From a virus (Duplodnaviria > Heunggongvirae > Uroviricota > Caudoviricetes), in the IMG/VR virus record IMGVR_UViG_2778261498_000008, positions 1-33,311 of that record: DNA of 33,311 nt; one strand, given 5' to 3'. The notes under the pieces were generated by a model that made no database searches, had not been told where the DNA came from, and saw only the letters and a program-made list of their open reading frames with translations. This document shows, in pieces, positions 1 to 8,629 of the stretch (within the stretch, counting starts at the first letter, position 1; each line of letters starts with the position of its first letter). The translations under genes and the position numbers were made by a program.

Positions 1-990
1 TTATGTGGATGAAATGTGGATGCCTCCTTTTAACGGATTAAGTGAAATTGCATCCTGGAGGAAATCAGGAGCGAGGTGCGCATAGGTCATAGTTTGCTGG
101 ATCGTGGCGTGCCCCATAATTCGCTGGAGCGTAAGTATATTTCCTCCATTAATCATAAAGTGAGCAGCAAAGGTATGGCGTAGAACATGTACAGCCTGTC
201 CTTTTGGTAGGTCTGGCTTAACACTGCGAAGCACCTTGCGATATTCCTCATAATTGACGTCAAACAAAAGGCCGGATTTCTTTGTTTTGATCTCACTAAC
301 AACTTCATCAGAGACAGGAATAATTCGAACTTTTCCGTTTTTAGTTTTGTTAAACGTCACGCGATTATTGATGATGTGTTCCGCGCGCAGATTTTTCGCT
401 TCTCCCCATCTCGCCCCAGTACTGAGACAAAGTAGCGTAATCCGCCGGGCATCACCGCTTACTGCATCCAGTAATTTGGCGATTTCTTCCGTGGTGAGAT
501 ACGTCATTTCGGGTGATTTTCGTTTCAAAGAGGGGAGGGCGCGGAGCGGATTTTCTCCGTGAAATTCCCCGGCATTTGCTAGGAGTGTAAACATTCCTCC
601 GAGATCCGACTCATCACGCCGAACAGTAGACTCTTTTACTCCCAAGGATAAACGGGAGCTTCGATAAGCGGCCATGAAACGAGCATTAATCTGGCTAACC
701 CTTGGATCATTCATTTCTTTGATGATTTTTTTCAACCTGGTTAGAACGCCGTTAGCATATGGCTTATTGCGTCCACCCAATTCCCACCATAACGGAAGCA
801 GATCTGAGAGATGACGTTGCTCTGTTGGCTTTTCAAGCCATTCCTTATCGTGCATGTGGCTGAGAACATAACGCTCAAAGGCCACTGCATCTGCCTTTTT
901 CTTAAAAATCCGCTGAATCCGACGTCCACTTCGGCCACGCGGTCTAACATCCACTTTATACCGTCCACCATCGAGTGCTTTAATTGCCAT
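1..990 (-). CDS. int: Phage integrase, tyrosine recombinase (P2 Int-like)
   Basis: Product aligns end to end with P2 Int as recalled (MAIKxLDGGRY...VDxRP N-terminus; LSTGARWGEA; HxLRHTFAxHFMINGGNIxTLQRIxGH...TMxYAH C-terminal catalytic region). ATG at 988-990 chosen; the track ORF extends in frame to 1023. Confidence 0.9.
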   Translation of the reverse strand: MAIKALDGGRYKVDVRPRGRSGRRIQRIFKKKADAVAFERYVLSHMHDKEWLEKPTEQRHLSDLLPLWWELGGRNKPYANGVLTRLKKIIKEMNDPRVSQINARFMAAYRSSRLSLGVKESTVRRDESDLGGMFTLLANAGEFHGENPLRALPSLKRKSPEMTYLTTEEIAKLLDAVSGDARRITLLCLSTGARWGEAKNLRAEHIINNRVTFNKTKNGKVRIIPVSDEVVSEIKTKKSGLLFDVNYEEYRKVLRSVKPDLPKGQAVHVLRHTFAAHFMINGGNILTLQRIMGHATIQQTMTYAHLAPDFLQDAISLNPLKGGIHISST

Positions 991-1056
991 TGGCAAGCCC
1001 TCCGGTGAAACGAGGAAAGACATTTCCAGTTTGTAAAATGTAAGAATAATAAAGGG

Positions 1057-1353
1057 TTAACCAATTTTCCTTTCGGATGGGGGTAAATCCGTTGGTTCTT
1101 GCCCATAGTGTGCGAGAGCCGGAGCTATCTGCCCGGATTCAGGCGCAATTTTTCCAGTCATAAACCACAACGCATATTTCTCAAATCTGGGGTTGTTTAG
1201 TATTTGCTCAATTACTTCAGCATTAGGGATAGTTTTACCGCTTTCATATCTCCACAGAGCATCACGGTTTAAACCAAGCATTTTTGCTGTATCCGGGAGG
1301 CTAGTAAGTCTCTCGCTTTCACGCATGATTTTTATGCGCTCTCCAATAGTCAT
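1057..1353 (-). CDS. C: Immunity repressor, P2 C-like
   Basis: 98-aa product from ATG at 1351-1353 matches P2 C as recalled, including the block FxKYxLWFMTxxIAPESGQIAPALAHxGQ. Divergent from cox, adjacent to int, as in P2. Alternative start at 1359. Confidence 0.85.
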   Translation of the reverse strand: MTIGERIKIMRESERLTSLPDTAKMLGLNRDALWRYESGKTIPNAEVIEQILNNPRFEKYALWFMTGKIAPESGQIAPALAHYGQEPTDLPPSERKIG

Positions 1354-1454
1354 ACGCATGTTGCAATTCTCCAACGTCTGTATTAATGTTTATACAAATG
1401 AGTTTGATTTGGGGCATCCGTCGCAAGAAATACCCCAAACAGGGAGATTATCAC
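1354..1454. promoter_or_regulatory. Divergent C/cox switch region; 7-bp inverted repeat TTTGGGG (1408-1414) / CCCCAAA (1433-1439) is a candidate operator
   Basis: AT-rich ~100-bp spacer between divergently transcribed repressor and cox-like genes; the inverted repeat was read directly. Promoter hexamers not confidently assigned. Confidence 0.45.
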
Positions 1455-1781
1455 ATGAATGAAGAACTATTGAGGGCATTGTTTAAGATCCCAGACCCCA
1501 TCACCGTCGATGAGTTTTCCCGCCGCACAGGTAAGACCGAATCAGCCGTAAGAAAGTTGGTAGAGCGTCGACTCATCCCTCTAACTACTGAGCGCGAGGT
1601 TTTAGGCGAGGAAGGGAGTTCGCGCCGTCTTCTCATCCTTTGGAATGAGTGGCTCGAAATGGTCTATGACGCAACGAAACAGCTTCCTCCTGAGCGTAAA
1701 GATTGGCGCAATCACTGGCTTAAGAAAGCCAAGAAGCTGGCGGAAGATTTGGGATTAGGCTTTCTTAATTTTGCTGCATGA
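1455..1781 (+). CDS. cox: Cox-like excisionase / early transcriptional regulator
   Basis: First gene of the rightward early operon; ATG 1455 preceded by AGGGAG; product shares the P2 Cox pattern as recalled (EFxxxxGKxxxAVRxxxxxxxxP...W...W). Longer than P2 Cox. Confidence 0.7.
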   Translation: MNEELLRALFKIPDPITVDEFSRRTGKTESAVRKLVERRLIPLTTEREVLGEEGSSRRLLILWNEWLEMVYDATKQLPPERKDWRNHWLKKAKKLAEDLGLGFLNFAA

Positions 1782-1799
1782 GATGCAGGGAGTTTTGAT

Positions 1800-2141
1800 A
1801 TGAAACAGCAACGTAATTCACGCTTTCGTAATGGTGCTGAACGCCACGCTAACCGTTTCGCTACCAGTGCATCACGCAGCAACATCCGCTACAGCCTGAG
1901 TGATACACACGCAACGCCGGATGGCTACCCAGTAAAACAAATCGGCGAGCATGCCTGGCTGATTGAGAAAGCTGGAATCGTGGTCCACAAATGCCCACGC
2001 AATCCGTTTACCGGAAACCGCATTTTTGCATTGAGCTGCGGCGACAATCAATTCGGGCAGGATTTCACATTATACGAAGCACTTCGCACGGTTGATCGTC
2101 TGCTTCGTGGGCAAAGTTTTATTAAACAGGCTGATTTATAA
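1800..2141 (+). CDS. Hypothetical early protein (orf78/B region of P2-like early operon)
   Basis: ATG ORF of 113 aa with AGGGAG upstream, in the early operon on the coding strand; no family recognised by eye. Confidence 0.5.
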   Translation: MKQQRNSRFRNGAERHANRFATSASRSNIRYSLSDTHATPDGYPVKQIGEHAWLIEKAGIVVHKCPRNPFTGNRIFALSCGDNQFGQDFTLYEALRTVDRLLRGQSFIKQADL

Positions 2142-2151
2142 CAGGTGCTTT

Positions 2152-2430
2152 ATGACCAAAGAGCATGCACAAGGTGTATTTATCCGTTTTATTGATTTTC
2201 GCGGTGAACTGTTATTACGCGCATCAGCCATTGACGGAGTTGTTCCATCCGAAAAAAACGCAGCTACTTACGTTTATCTGAACGGTACGCGCCTGACTGT
2301 GGAGCTTCCGTACCAGACCGTGCGAGAAATCATTAGCGAAGCTGAAAAGGCACGTCAGGTTAATGGCGATGAACCATATATCGAAATTATTTGTATGGAT
2401 TCAGAAGCTGAAATTCAGAAAGCAGATTAA
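2152..2430 (+). CDS. Hypothetical early protein
   Basis: 92-aa ORF from ATG 2152 (track ORF starts earlier at 2092 but overlaps the previous gene); tightly packed in the early operon. Confidence 0.45.
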   Translation: MTKEHAQGVFIRFIDFRGELLLRASAIDGVVPSEKNAATYVYLNGTRLTVELPYQTVREIISEAEKARQVNGDEPYIEIICMDSEAEIQKAD

Positions 2431-2441
2431 AGGGCGTTGCG

Positions 2442-2684
2442 ATGGGCAAAGAATATAAAACTCTCATTAACAAAGCACTTGAACGATTTTATTTTCGCTT
2501 AAGTGCATCAGGCGCTCATGCTGAACGTGCAGCCCGTGACTCATTGACCAGGGCAATCCGGAGTTTGTATGACGTCGCTTTTTACGCTGATGATCTGGAT
2601 GCACTTAACGAACTTTCCGAGCTGATCTGTGCCGCAGAATGCGGGGAACATATTGAACCGTATAAGCTGGGGAATATCGCATGA
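2442..2684 (+). CDS. Hypothetical early protein
   Basis: 80-aa ATG ORF, 11 bp after the previous stop, same strand. Confidence 0.5.
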   Translation: MGKEYKTLINKALERFYFRLSASGAHAERAARDSLTRAIRSLYDVAFYADDLDALNELSELICAAECGEHIEPYKLGNIA

Positions 2685-2794
2685 GTATATTTATCTCATG
2701 GCTTGTTCTGATTATTTCGGTGGCCTGCGCCATTGGGATTATGCGAATTATTCATTCAGTAAAAAAGATTGAACGCTTTTTCACTGGCGAATAA
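2681..2794 (+). CDS. Candidate small hydrophobic peptide (37 aa, MSIFISWLVLIISVACAIGIMRIIHSVKKIERFFTGE)
   Basis: ATG at 2681 overlaps the upstream stop as ATGA (translational coupling); single predicted transmembrane helix. Below the 60-aa track cutoff, found by eye. Confidence 0.3.
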   Translation: MSIFISWLVLIISVACAIGIMRIIHSVKKIERFFTGE

Positions 2795-2880
2795 CAGAGC
2801 AAATAAAACCACAGGTTAAATAAGAAAATGTAAAAACAATCCGCATTCGCGGAGGTATTCGCACACGCCAAGGAGGCGTA

Positions 2881-3084
2881 ATGGCAATTAAGCATTTTCC
2901 TGTCGTTCGTTTTACCTCCAGAGGACGTGAATACGAAGTCGATGAACGCCTGATTACCACAATCGACAAACACCGTTCAGAAAAGGATGCACATCACATC
3001 TATCTCACTGACGGCACTTACTTCTGCGCCACGAATGTGGTGCGGGTGAACCTTATCCGACAGGTACAGGAGTCACGCAGATGA
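2881..3084 (+). CDS. Hypothetical early protein (67 aa)
   Basis: ATG preceded by strong SD AAGGAGG; stop overlaps next start. Confidence 0.55.
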   Translation: MAIKHFPVVRFTSRGREYEVDERLITTIDKHRSEKDAHHIYLTDGTYFCATNVVRVNLIRQVQESRR

Positions 3085-3326
3085 CCATTCTGGACTATAT
3101 CGCCGCCAATCCGGGGTGTAGTGGTGGAGAAATCGCCGCAGCACTGAATACCCCAACCACAGCCATTAATGCGGAGTTACGCCGACTCTGGCGCAGCGGT
3201 TCAGTCATAAGAAAAGAACGCAAAACAGGCGGTCGCTTTTCTTACCAGATAAACCCGATGCCGTTCGGGTGCGGCAATCCACTTACCAACATGTTTAACC
3301 AGCTACTGAAGGAAGCCAGAGCATGA
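3081..3326 (+). CDS. Hypothetical early protein (81 aa), possible small DNA-binding protein
   Basis: ATGA-coupled to the upstream gene; no motif verified. Confidence 0.5.
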   Translation: MTILDYIAANPGCSGGEIAAALNTPTTAINAELRRLWRSGSVIRKERKTGGRFSYQINPMPFGCGNPLTNMFNQLLKEARA

Positions 3327-3622
3327 ACGCCATCAACCTCCAGGAATTACGCGAACTGGCGATTGACCTGCAACGAATGGCAACGCATCAAAAATTACTG
3401 GCGTTTCGCGCAATGCTCTCGCCGTCTGCCGTGCTGGCACTGCTGGATGAGCTGGAGCACGCCAGAACCATGTCTCCAGCCATTCGCCTGGCGCTTCATC
3501 ATGAAATCGCTGATTTCTGCGCACCACTGGGTTCGCCTGGTGAACCAGAAACGCCGGAAGCAATGCAACGAGAGCTACTGCAACGCATCGACAAGGTTTT
3601 TGATTTCTTCCTTAACCAGTAA
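3323..3622 (+). CDS. Hypothetical early protein (99 aa)
   Basis: ATGA-coupled ORF in the early operon; no family recognised. Confidence 0.5.
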   Translation: MNAINLQELRELAIDLQRMATHQKLLAFRAMLSPSAVLALLDELEHARTMSPAIRLALHHEIADFCAPLGSPGEPETPEAMQRELLQRIDKVFDFFLNQ

Positions 3623-3633
3623 AGGACCGCGAT

Positions 3634-3837
3634 ATGAACAAAAAGACCTGGTTTCGCGCATACATGTGGGCGCTGGTATGCGTCCTCGTTTCTCTCATTC
3701 TGTATGCAGGACTACTCCCCCGAATGATTTCATCAGACAGCTCCTTCCTGGTATTGCTGGGCATTTTCATTGCCATGCTGTACCCGGCAGGCGTTGTTCG
3801 CCTTTTCAGTAAGTACATCAAGGAAATCAAACAATGA
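3634..3837 (+). CDS. Small integral membrane protein (67 aa, two predicted TM helices)
   Basis: ATG 3634 with AAAGGA upstream; two hydrophobic stretches; stop overlaps the start of the next gene (ATGA at 3834-3837). Confidence 0.55.
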   Translation: MNKKTWFRAYMWALVCVLVSLILYAGLLPRMISSDSSFLVLLGIFIAMLYPAGVVRLFSKYIKEIKQ

Positions 3838-4664
3838 AGAAATTCAAACTCTTTCAGATTCTCCCGCTTTTTGCTGCCATCCTGCTGGTTGGTTGCGATC
3901 GCGTTGAGCCAGGTAATGTGGGCATCAAAGTCAACAAACTGGGCGACGACAAAGGCGTCGGTGAAGTGGTTGGCGTTGGCCGCTACTGGACAGGCTGGAA
4001 TACAGAGGTTTACATCTTCCCAACCTTCAAACAAATGAAGACCTACGATGAGCCGTTCAGCTTTCAGATGAGTGACGGCACAACCATCGGCTATCACATC
4101 GGTGTGGCCTACAAGGTTGATCCATCCAAAGTTACTACAGTGTTTCAGACCTACCGCAAAGGCGTGGATGACATTACCGACACTGACCTGCGCCAGAAGA
4201 TCGCCGACGCACTCAACCGACTGGCCAGTAAAATGACCACCGATAAATTTATCGACGGTGGCAAGTCTGAACTGCTGGATTCAGCACTTAAAGACATTCA
4301 GGCAGAAATGACACCTATCGGCATTCAGGTAATGAGCCTCTCTTATGTCGGTAAACCGGAATACCCACCAACCGTTATCGACAGCATTAATGCCAAAGTC
4401 ACGGCAAACCAGAAAACTCTGCAACGCGAACAGGAAGTCAAGCAGCGCGAAGCAGAAGCCAACATGCTACGCGCAGAAGCAGCCGGACAGGCTGATGCCA
4501 TTCGCACAAAAGCCCAGGCTGAAGCCGACGCCATTCGTTTGCGCGGTGAAGCTCTGCGCCAGAACCCCGGCGTTATGGAGCTGGAAGCTATCAACAAATG
4601 GAACGGCACGCTGCCGCAATACATGACCAGTAATACCGCTGTTCCGTTTGTTCCGGTGAAGTAA
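3834..4664 (+). CDS. Lipoprotein with SPFH/band-7-like domain and C-terminal Ala/Glu-rich coiled coil
   Basis: N-terminus MKKFKLFQILPLFAAILLVGC has a signal peptide and lipobox (LVGC); the C-terminal REAEANMLRAEAAGQADAIRTKAQAEADAIR tract resembles the EA-repeat coiled coil of HflK/HflC/flotillin-type proteins. Domain assignment is by pattern recognition only. Confidence 0.75.
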   Translation: MKKFKLFQILPLFAAILLVGCDRVEPGNVGIKVNKLGDDKGVGEVVGVGRYWTGWNTEVYIFPTFKQMKTYDEPFSFQMSDGTTIGYHIGVAYKVDPSKVTTVFQTYRKGVDDITDTDLRQKIADALNRLASKMTTDKFIDGGKSELLDSALKDIQAEMTPIGIQVMSLSYVGKPEYPPTVIDSINAKVTANQKTLQREQEVKQREAEANMLRAEAAGQADAIRTKAQAEADAIRLRGEALRQNPGVMELEAINKWNGTLPQYMTSNTAVPFVPVK

Positions 4665-4670
4665 TTAAAC

Positions 4671-4715
4671 CCGGCCAGTGGAAACCGCTGGCCGGAGCAG
4701 CATCAGGATTTTTTA
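4671..4715 (+). terminator. Hairpin CCGGCCAG/CTGGCCGG followed at a distance by a T6 run
   Basis: 8-bp perfect stem (4671-4678 / 4688-4695) directly after the lipoprotein stop; the T-run is ~13 nt downstream, so not a canonical intrinsic terminator. Confidence 0.4.
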
Positions 4716-4810
4716 GTATGCCGTTCTCACAAAAAAACCGCTTGCCATGCCGCAATCAGTCAGGTTACATTTCCGCTGCACCTCATAAAACGGGTGCCGG
4801 GATTTCCACC

Positions 4811-4852
4811 CCGCTGACTATACACGCGCACAACCGCGCCAGCGGTTTTTTT
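4811..4852 (+). terminator. GC-rich hairpin (CCGCTG...CAGCGG with inner GCGC stem) followed immediately by T7
   Basis: Read directly: stem 4811-4816 / 4840-4845, then TTTTTTT at 4846-4852. Looks like an intrinsic terminator or the 3' end of a small RNA. Confidence 0.5.
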
Positions 4853-5031
4853 GTGCGTACCGTATCGCCACGTCTTTTTCGCGTCAGAATTATGGTGGGG
4901 CGTATGGGGCCGACTTCGGTCGGGCCGGGTTCGTGTATAGCCGGTTGTGGAAACCCTGTACGTCTCACCACCCCGAGTTTTCCACCTCTGGATGGTGAGT
5001 TTTCAAAACTTACTATACACGAGGCCACACC

Positions 5032-5262
5032 ATGGCAAACCGCAAACAGCACCGCGCTATCGCGGAGCGTCGTCACATCCAGACTGAAATCAACCGCAGA
5101 CTTTCCCGCGCATTCCGCGTCGCTAAAATCATGCACATCAATATGCTGCATGAGCGTAGCTGCGAACTTTCAAACCTCTATTCATCCGCTGTTTTCAGCT
5201 ATCTGGCGGATGATCTGCGCGAGCTTCAGCAGCTCATCCAGCAGCAAAACAAACTCCATTAA
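5032..5262 (+). CDS. Hypothetical basic protein (76 aa)
   Basis: ATG ORF after the long structured intergenic region; Arg/Lys-rich N-terminus; function unknown. Confidence 0.5.
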   Translation: MANRKQHRAIAERRHIQTEINRRLSRAFRVAKIMHINMLHERSCELSNLYSSAVFSYLADDLRELQQLIQQQNKLH

Positions 5263-5334
5263 TTCCTGTTCCGGGCCTTTCCTGCACCTTGCGGCGGGAG
5301 GCCTTCGCACATCTGTAGTAAAGAGAATTGCAGC

Positions 5335-5724
5335 ATGATTGACGCTCATGACTTCACAAGATGGGTGCGCACACAGGACACCCGTCTGGCTCCCGTTCTT
5401 CAGGGATTATTTGATCTTTACATCCGTGGTCGTGACAACAGAGCACGCACTACAAAACCGGAGAATGCGGACACCCTTTATTTCACAGTAGACGACTGCT
5501 ACCGCGTGGACTTCACACCACACGGGCTGGCGTTGCACTGCCTGACACCACACGGCGAATCACTGCTGGCGTATTACGACTCCCCGGCCTCCGTATTCGC
5601 GGCAATGCTGGCGCATCGCACTGCTGGCGGGTGTGCCTCGCTGAGTGAATACACCGCTGAATTTAACCGCCTTTCCGCCATCTTCTCGCAGGAGTGGCAG
5701 CGCGTGACGGGATACCAGCCATGA
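5335..5724 (+). CDS. Hypothetical protein (129 aa) immediately upstream of, and coupled to, gene A
   Basis: Stop overlaps the A start (ATGA at 5721-5724). Confidence 0.5.
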   Translation: MIDAHDFTRWVRTQDTRLAPVLQGLFDLYIRGRDNRARTTKPENADTLYFTVDDCYRVDFTPHGLALHCLTPHGESLLAYYDSPASVFAAMLAHRTAGGCASLSEYTAEFNRLSAIFSQEWQRVTGYQP

Positions 5725-8528
5725 GCGAGTTTGCATGGAGCTGGAATGAACCACGGCCAGCCATTGATCCGGCCAGATTTACGGAGCGCAGGCAGGAAAC
5801 TGAAACCGACCTGCAACGCGCCATCCGTTACTACCTTGAGGCGGACAAAAGGGCACAGGAAGAACAGGAAGCGAAGGAAGAAGCCTTTTTCGCACAATCC
5901 GCCATGGGTAAAAAACTCATGGCATCCCTTGAGGAAGCCGGACAGCGTGAAAAGCTGGCACAGAGCATCATCAGTAAGCGCCGGGCAACAGAACAAGACC
6001 CGGTAGCCCGTGCCTTTGCCACACTAAAGGCACTACCTGTTTATCTGCGTGAACCACTGAGCCGCCACCTCTCTTTCCTGCGCAAAAAACAGGAAGCCGA
6101 TCGCCAGAAAGGTAAAAAGAGCTGGCAGGCGGAACGCTATGCACGCGGACCCCTGCGCAAAATATTCGAACGTCTGGATCGCACTGACGGACGCTGGCTG
6201 ACACCGGGTTATCGCTCCCTTGCCGGGCGCGAACGCCTGGACGATTTGCTTTACCTGCCGCAGCTCAACAAGCACCAGATACAGACGCTGGCCACCATGA
6301 CCGCGGCGATGTTCAGCAGCACCTTCGAAACACTCTGCGATGGCTTTGGTGCCAGAGATGGCGAGCTGACCATGGATGTAATGTTGAAGGCTTACCGGAT
6401 GCTGGCTCGTATCGCATTACGCCTGCACATCATGCCGCCACATTACGAAGCCCTGAACAAGAGCGAACCGGATACGGAACTGCTGCCGGGCGCAATCCTT
6501 CGCCTGACCTGTGCGGACTGGTGGAAACGCAAACTGTGGCTGTTACGTTGCGAGTGGAGAGAAGAACAACTCCGCGCCGCCTGTCTGGTTTCCAGAAAAA
6601 CATCGCCTTATCTGAGCCAGGACGCGTTAAGCGAGTTTCGCGCACAGCGCGAGAAAACACGCGATTTCCTGAAAAGTTTCATGCTGGAAAACGAAGACGG
6701 GTTCACGATTGATCTCGAGACAGTGTATTACGCGGGAGTAAGTAACCCGGTTCACCGTAAGGCAGAAATGATGGCCACCATGAAGGGGCTGGAACTTCTG
6801 GCCGAAGCCCGTGGTGACAAAGCGGTGTTTCTGACTGTCACCTGCCCGTCAAAATACCACGCAACAACGGAGAACGGTCATCCGAACCCCAAATGGAACG
6901 GGGCCACCATGCGCGACTCCAGCGACTACCTGGTTAACACGTTTTTTGCGGCGGTCCGCAAAAAACTGAACCGCGACGGCCTGCGCTGGTATGGCATCCG
7001 CACGGTGGAGCCTCACCATGACGGCACCGTACACTGGCATATGATGGTCTTTGCCCATCCGGAAGAAATCGACACCATTGTGTCCCACACCCGCGATATT
7101 GCCATTCAGGAAGATCGTCACGAGCTGGGCGATGATATTACTCCGCGCTTTAAGGCGGAGTATGTAGACGGCTCAAAAGGCACGCCAACCAGCTACATCG
7201 CCACCTACATCGGAAAGAACCTGGACAGCCGCGCCGCGGATGGCATCGACCCGAAAACGGGCAAACCACGCGTTGACCACGAAACCGGAAAATCAATGGC
7301 CGAGAGCGTGGAGCGCGCCATCGGCTGGGCGCGCCTTCACCGGGTCCGCCAGTTCCAGTTCTTTGGCATCCCCTCCCGTCAGGTGTGGCGTGAACTCCGC
7401 CGCCTTGCCAGCCAGATGGCACGCAACCCGGAAGGCCCGCAACGGCTGAAGGATGACGCAATGGATGCGGTACTCGCTGCCGCTGATGCCGGATGTTTTG
7501 CCACCTATATAGAGAAACAGGGCGGCGTACTTGTTCCACGCAAGGACTACCTGATTCGCACCGCCTACGACCTCGCCGATGAGCTGAACGATTACGGCGA
7601 ACAGAGCGTACAGATTTACGGGATCTGGTCACCACTCATCGGGGAATCCTCCCGTGTGTGCACGCATCCGGATAACTGGAAGCTGGTAAGACGTAAACCG
7701 GAAGCGGAAGACAGCGCCCGCGAAAATGGTTTTGACCTTCAGGGCGGCCCTGCCGCCCCTTGGACTCGTGGCAATAACTGTCCCCGTGTACAGGAAACGG
7801 ACAACAACGGGACAGAACAGCCGGAAGAACGGTCAGCACCGTGGCCGCAGCTCCCTGACGGCGTTGAAGTGAACGAATGGATGCGCTCACTGAAACGGCA
7901 CGAACGCCGGGCGCTGATGCGTTCGCTTCGGCTTCGTGACAAACAGGCAAAAAACAGCAGTGATGAAATGCAGAGCTGGACACAGAGCCGCAAACAGCAG
8001 CGGCCTTTGCCTGATAACCACGAATTACTCGCTAAAGAATGGCGGGAATCTGCCGAATCTCTCGGCCTGCATATCGGTGAACAGCAGATGCAGCACCTGT
8101 TACGGGGCGGCAGCCTGTACGTTGACGGCAGCATCATTGCACCGCAGGGATTTGAAATTGTACGCAAACCGGATACCCGCCCGGACAGCCGAATCACGCA
8201 GCTCTGGCAGCGCCTGAGCCGTAATCACGGCGTAAGCAGCACAGAGATCCGCCATAACCCGGTCGCCAGCTATCTGGAACAACTGGGGGCATCAGACCCC
8301 GAAGCCGCCGCACGTCTGGCATCCACACTTCAGCAGGACCAGAACACCATGAAAACCCCCGTTACCGTGCTTTCTGACATGTTGCGCGCCATCCGTGACG
8401 CAGAGCACGCACAGAGAATCAGTGAAACCACTGAGCGCGCCCACCGCAAAGCAGACCTGCTGCGGGGTAGCCTGACCAGTGGAAACAAAAAAACAGACAG
8501 AAACGGGATTCACAAATCCCGTAAATGA
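5721..8528 (+). CDS. A: Rolling-circle replication initiation endonuclease (P2 gpA family)
   Basis: Contains an HUH-type metal-binding motif (HWHMMVFAHP) and a tandem-tyrosine segment (SYIATYIGKN) typical of gpA-type nickases; sits after the early operon as in P2. ATG 5721 chosen over the upstream in-frame track start (5694). Confidence 0.9.
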   Translation: MSEFAWSWNEPRPAIDPARFTERRQETETDLQRAIRYYLEADKRAQEEQEAKEEAFFAQSAMGKKLMASLEEAGQREKLAQSIISKRRATEQDPVARAFATLKALPVYLREPLSRHLSFLRKKQEADRQKGKKSWQAERYARGPLRKIFERLDRTDGRWLTPGYRSLAGRERLDDLLYLPQLNKHQIQTLATMTAAMFSSTFETLCDGFGARDGELTMDVMLKAYRMLARIALRLHIMPPHYEALNKSEPDTELLPGAILRLTCADWWKRKLWLLRCEWREEQLRAACLVSRKTSPYLSQDALSEFRAQREKTRDFLKSFMLENEDGFTIDLETVYYAGVSNPVHRKAEMMATMKGLELLAEARGDKAVFLTVTCPSKYHATTENGHPNPKWNGATMRDSSDYLVNTFFAAVRKKLNRDGLRWYGIRTVEPHHDGTVHWHMMVFAHPEEIDTIVSHTRDIAIQEDRHELGDDITPRFKAEYVDGSKGTPTSYIATYIGKNLDSRAADGIDPKTGKPRVDHETGKSMAESVERAIGWARLHRVRQFQFFGIPSRQVWRELRRLASQMARNPEGPQRLKDDAMDAVLAAADAGCFATYIEKQGGVLVPRKDYLIRTAYDLADELNDYGEQSVQIYGIWSPLIGESSRVCTHPDNWKLVRRKPEAEDSARENGFDLQGGPAAPWTRGNNCPRVQETDNNGTEQPEERSAPWPQLPDGVEVNEWMRSLKRHERRALMRSLRLRDKQAKNSSDEMQSWTQSRKQQRPLPDNHELLAKEWRESAESLGLHIGEQQMQHLLRGGSLYVDGSIIAPQGFEIVRKPDTRPDSRITQLWQRLSRNHGVSSTEIRHNPVASYLEQLGASDPEAAARLASTLQQDQNTMKTPVTVLSDMLRAIRDAEHAQRISETTERAHRKADLLRGSLTSGNKKTDRNGIHKSRK

Positions 8529-8601
8529 GCAAAAAACGTGCCGCGATATATGAAGCGCGCACAAAACAGGCAAAAGCGGGATTTAAAAATCCTGTAAACG
8601 A
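8504..8601. repeat. Two copies of a ~25-bp dyad element (CGGGATTcacaaATCCCGTAAATGA at 8504-8528; CGGGATTtaaaaATCCTGTAAACGA at 8577-8601); candidate parC-like centromere/operator
   Basis: Read directly; copies are 73 bp apart, straddle the A stop codon and lie just upstream of the parM-like gene. Only two copies, so the centromere assignment is tentative. Confidence 0.35.
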
Positions 8602-8629
8602 TTAATTAATCAACATAAGGAAAAGCGAC

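Noticed and set aside
741-1106. 121-aa minus-strand ORF overlapping int and the int-C spacer
   Set aside because: Out of frame with the integrase over most of its length and no independent support; treated as spurious.
4718-5338. 206-aa plus-strand ORF and 122-aa minus-strand ORF spanning the structured spacer
   Set aside because: Low-complexity Ser/Arg-rich translations, no SD, and they run through obvious hairpin/terminator elements; the region is better explained as non-coding.
5694-5720. Upstream in-frame extension of gene A (track start MAARDG...)
   Set aside because: It overlaps the preceding gene; the ATG at 5721 gives the typical ATGA coupling, so the shorter start was preferred.
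7150-8197. Several minus-strand ORFs of 115-161 aa inside gene A
   Set aside because: Antisense to a strongly supported coding gene; Arg/Cys/Ser-rich translations with no start context.
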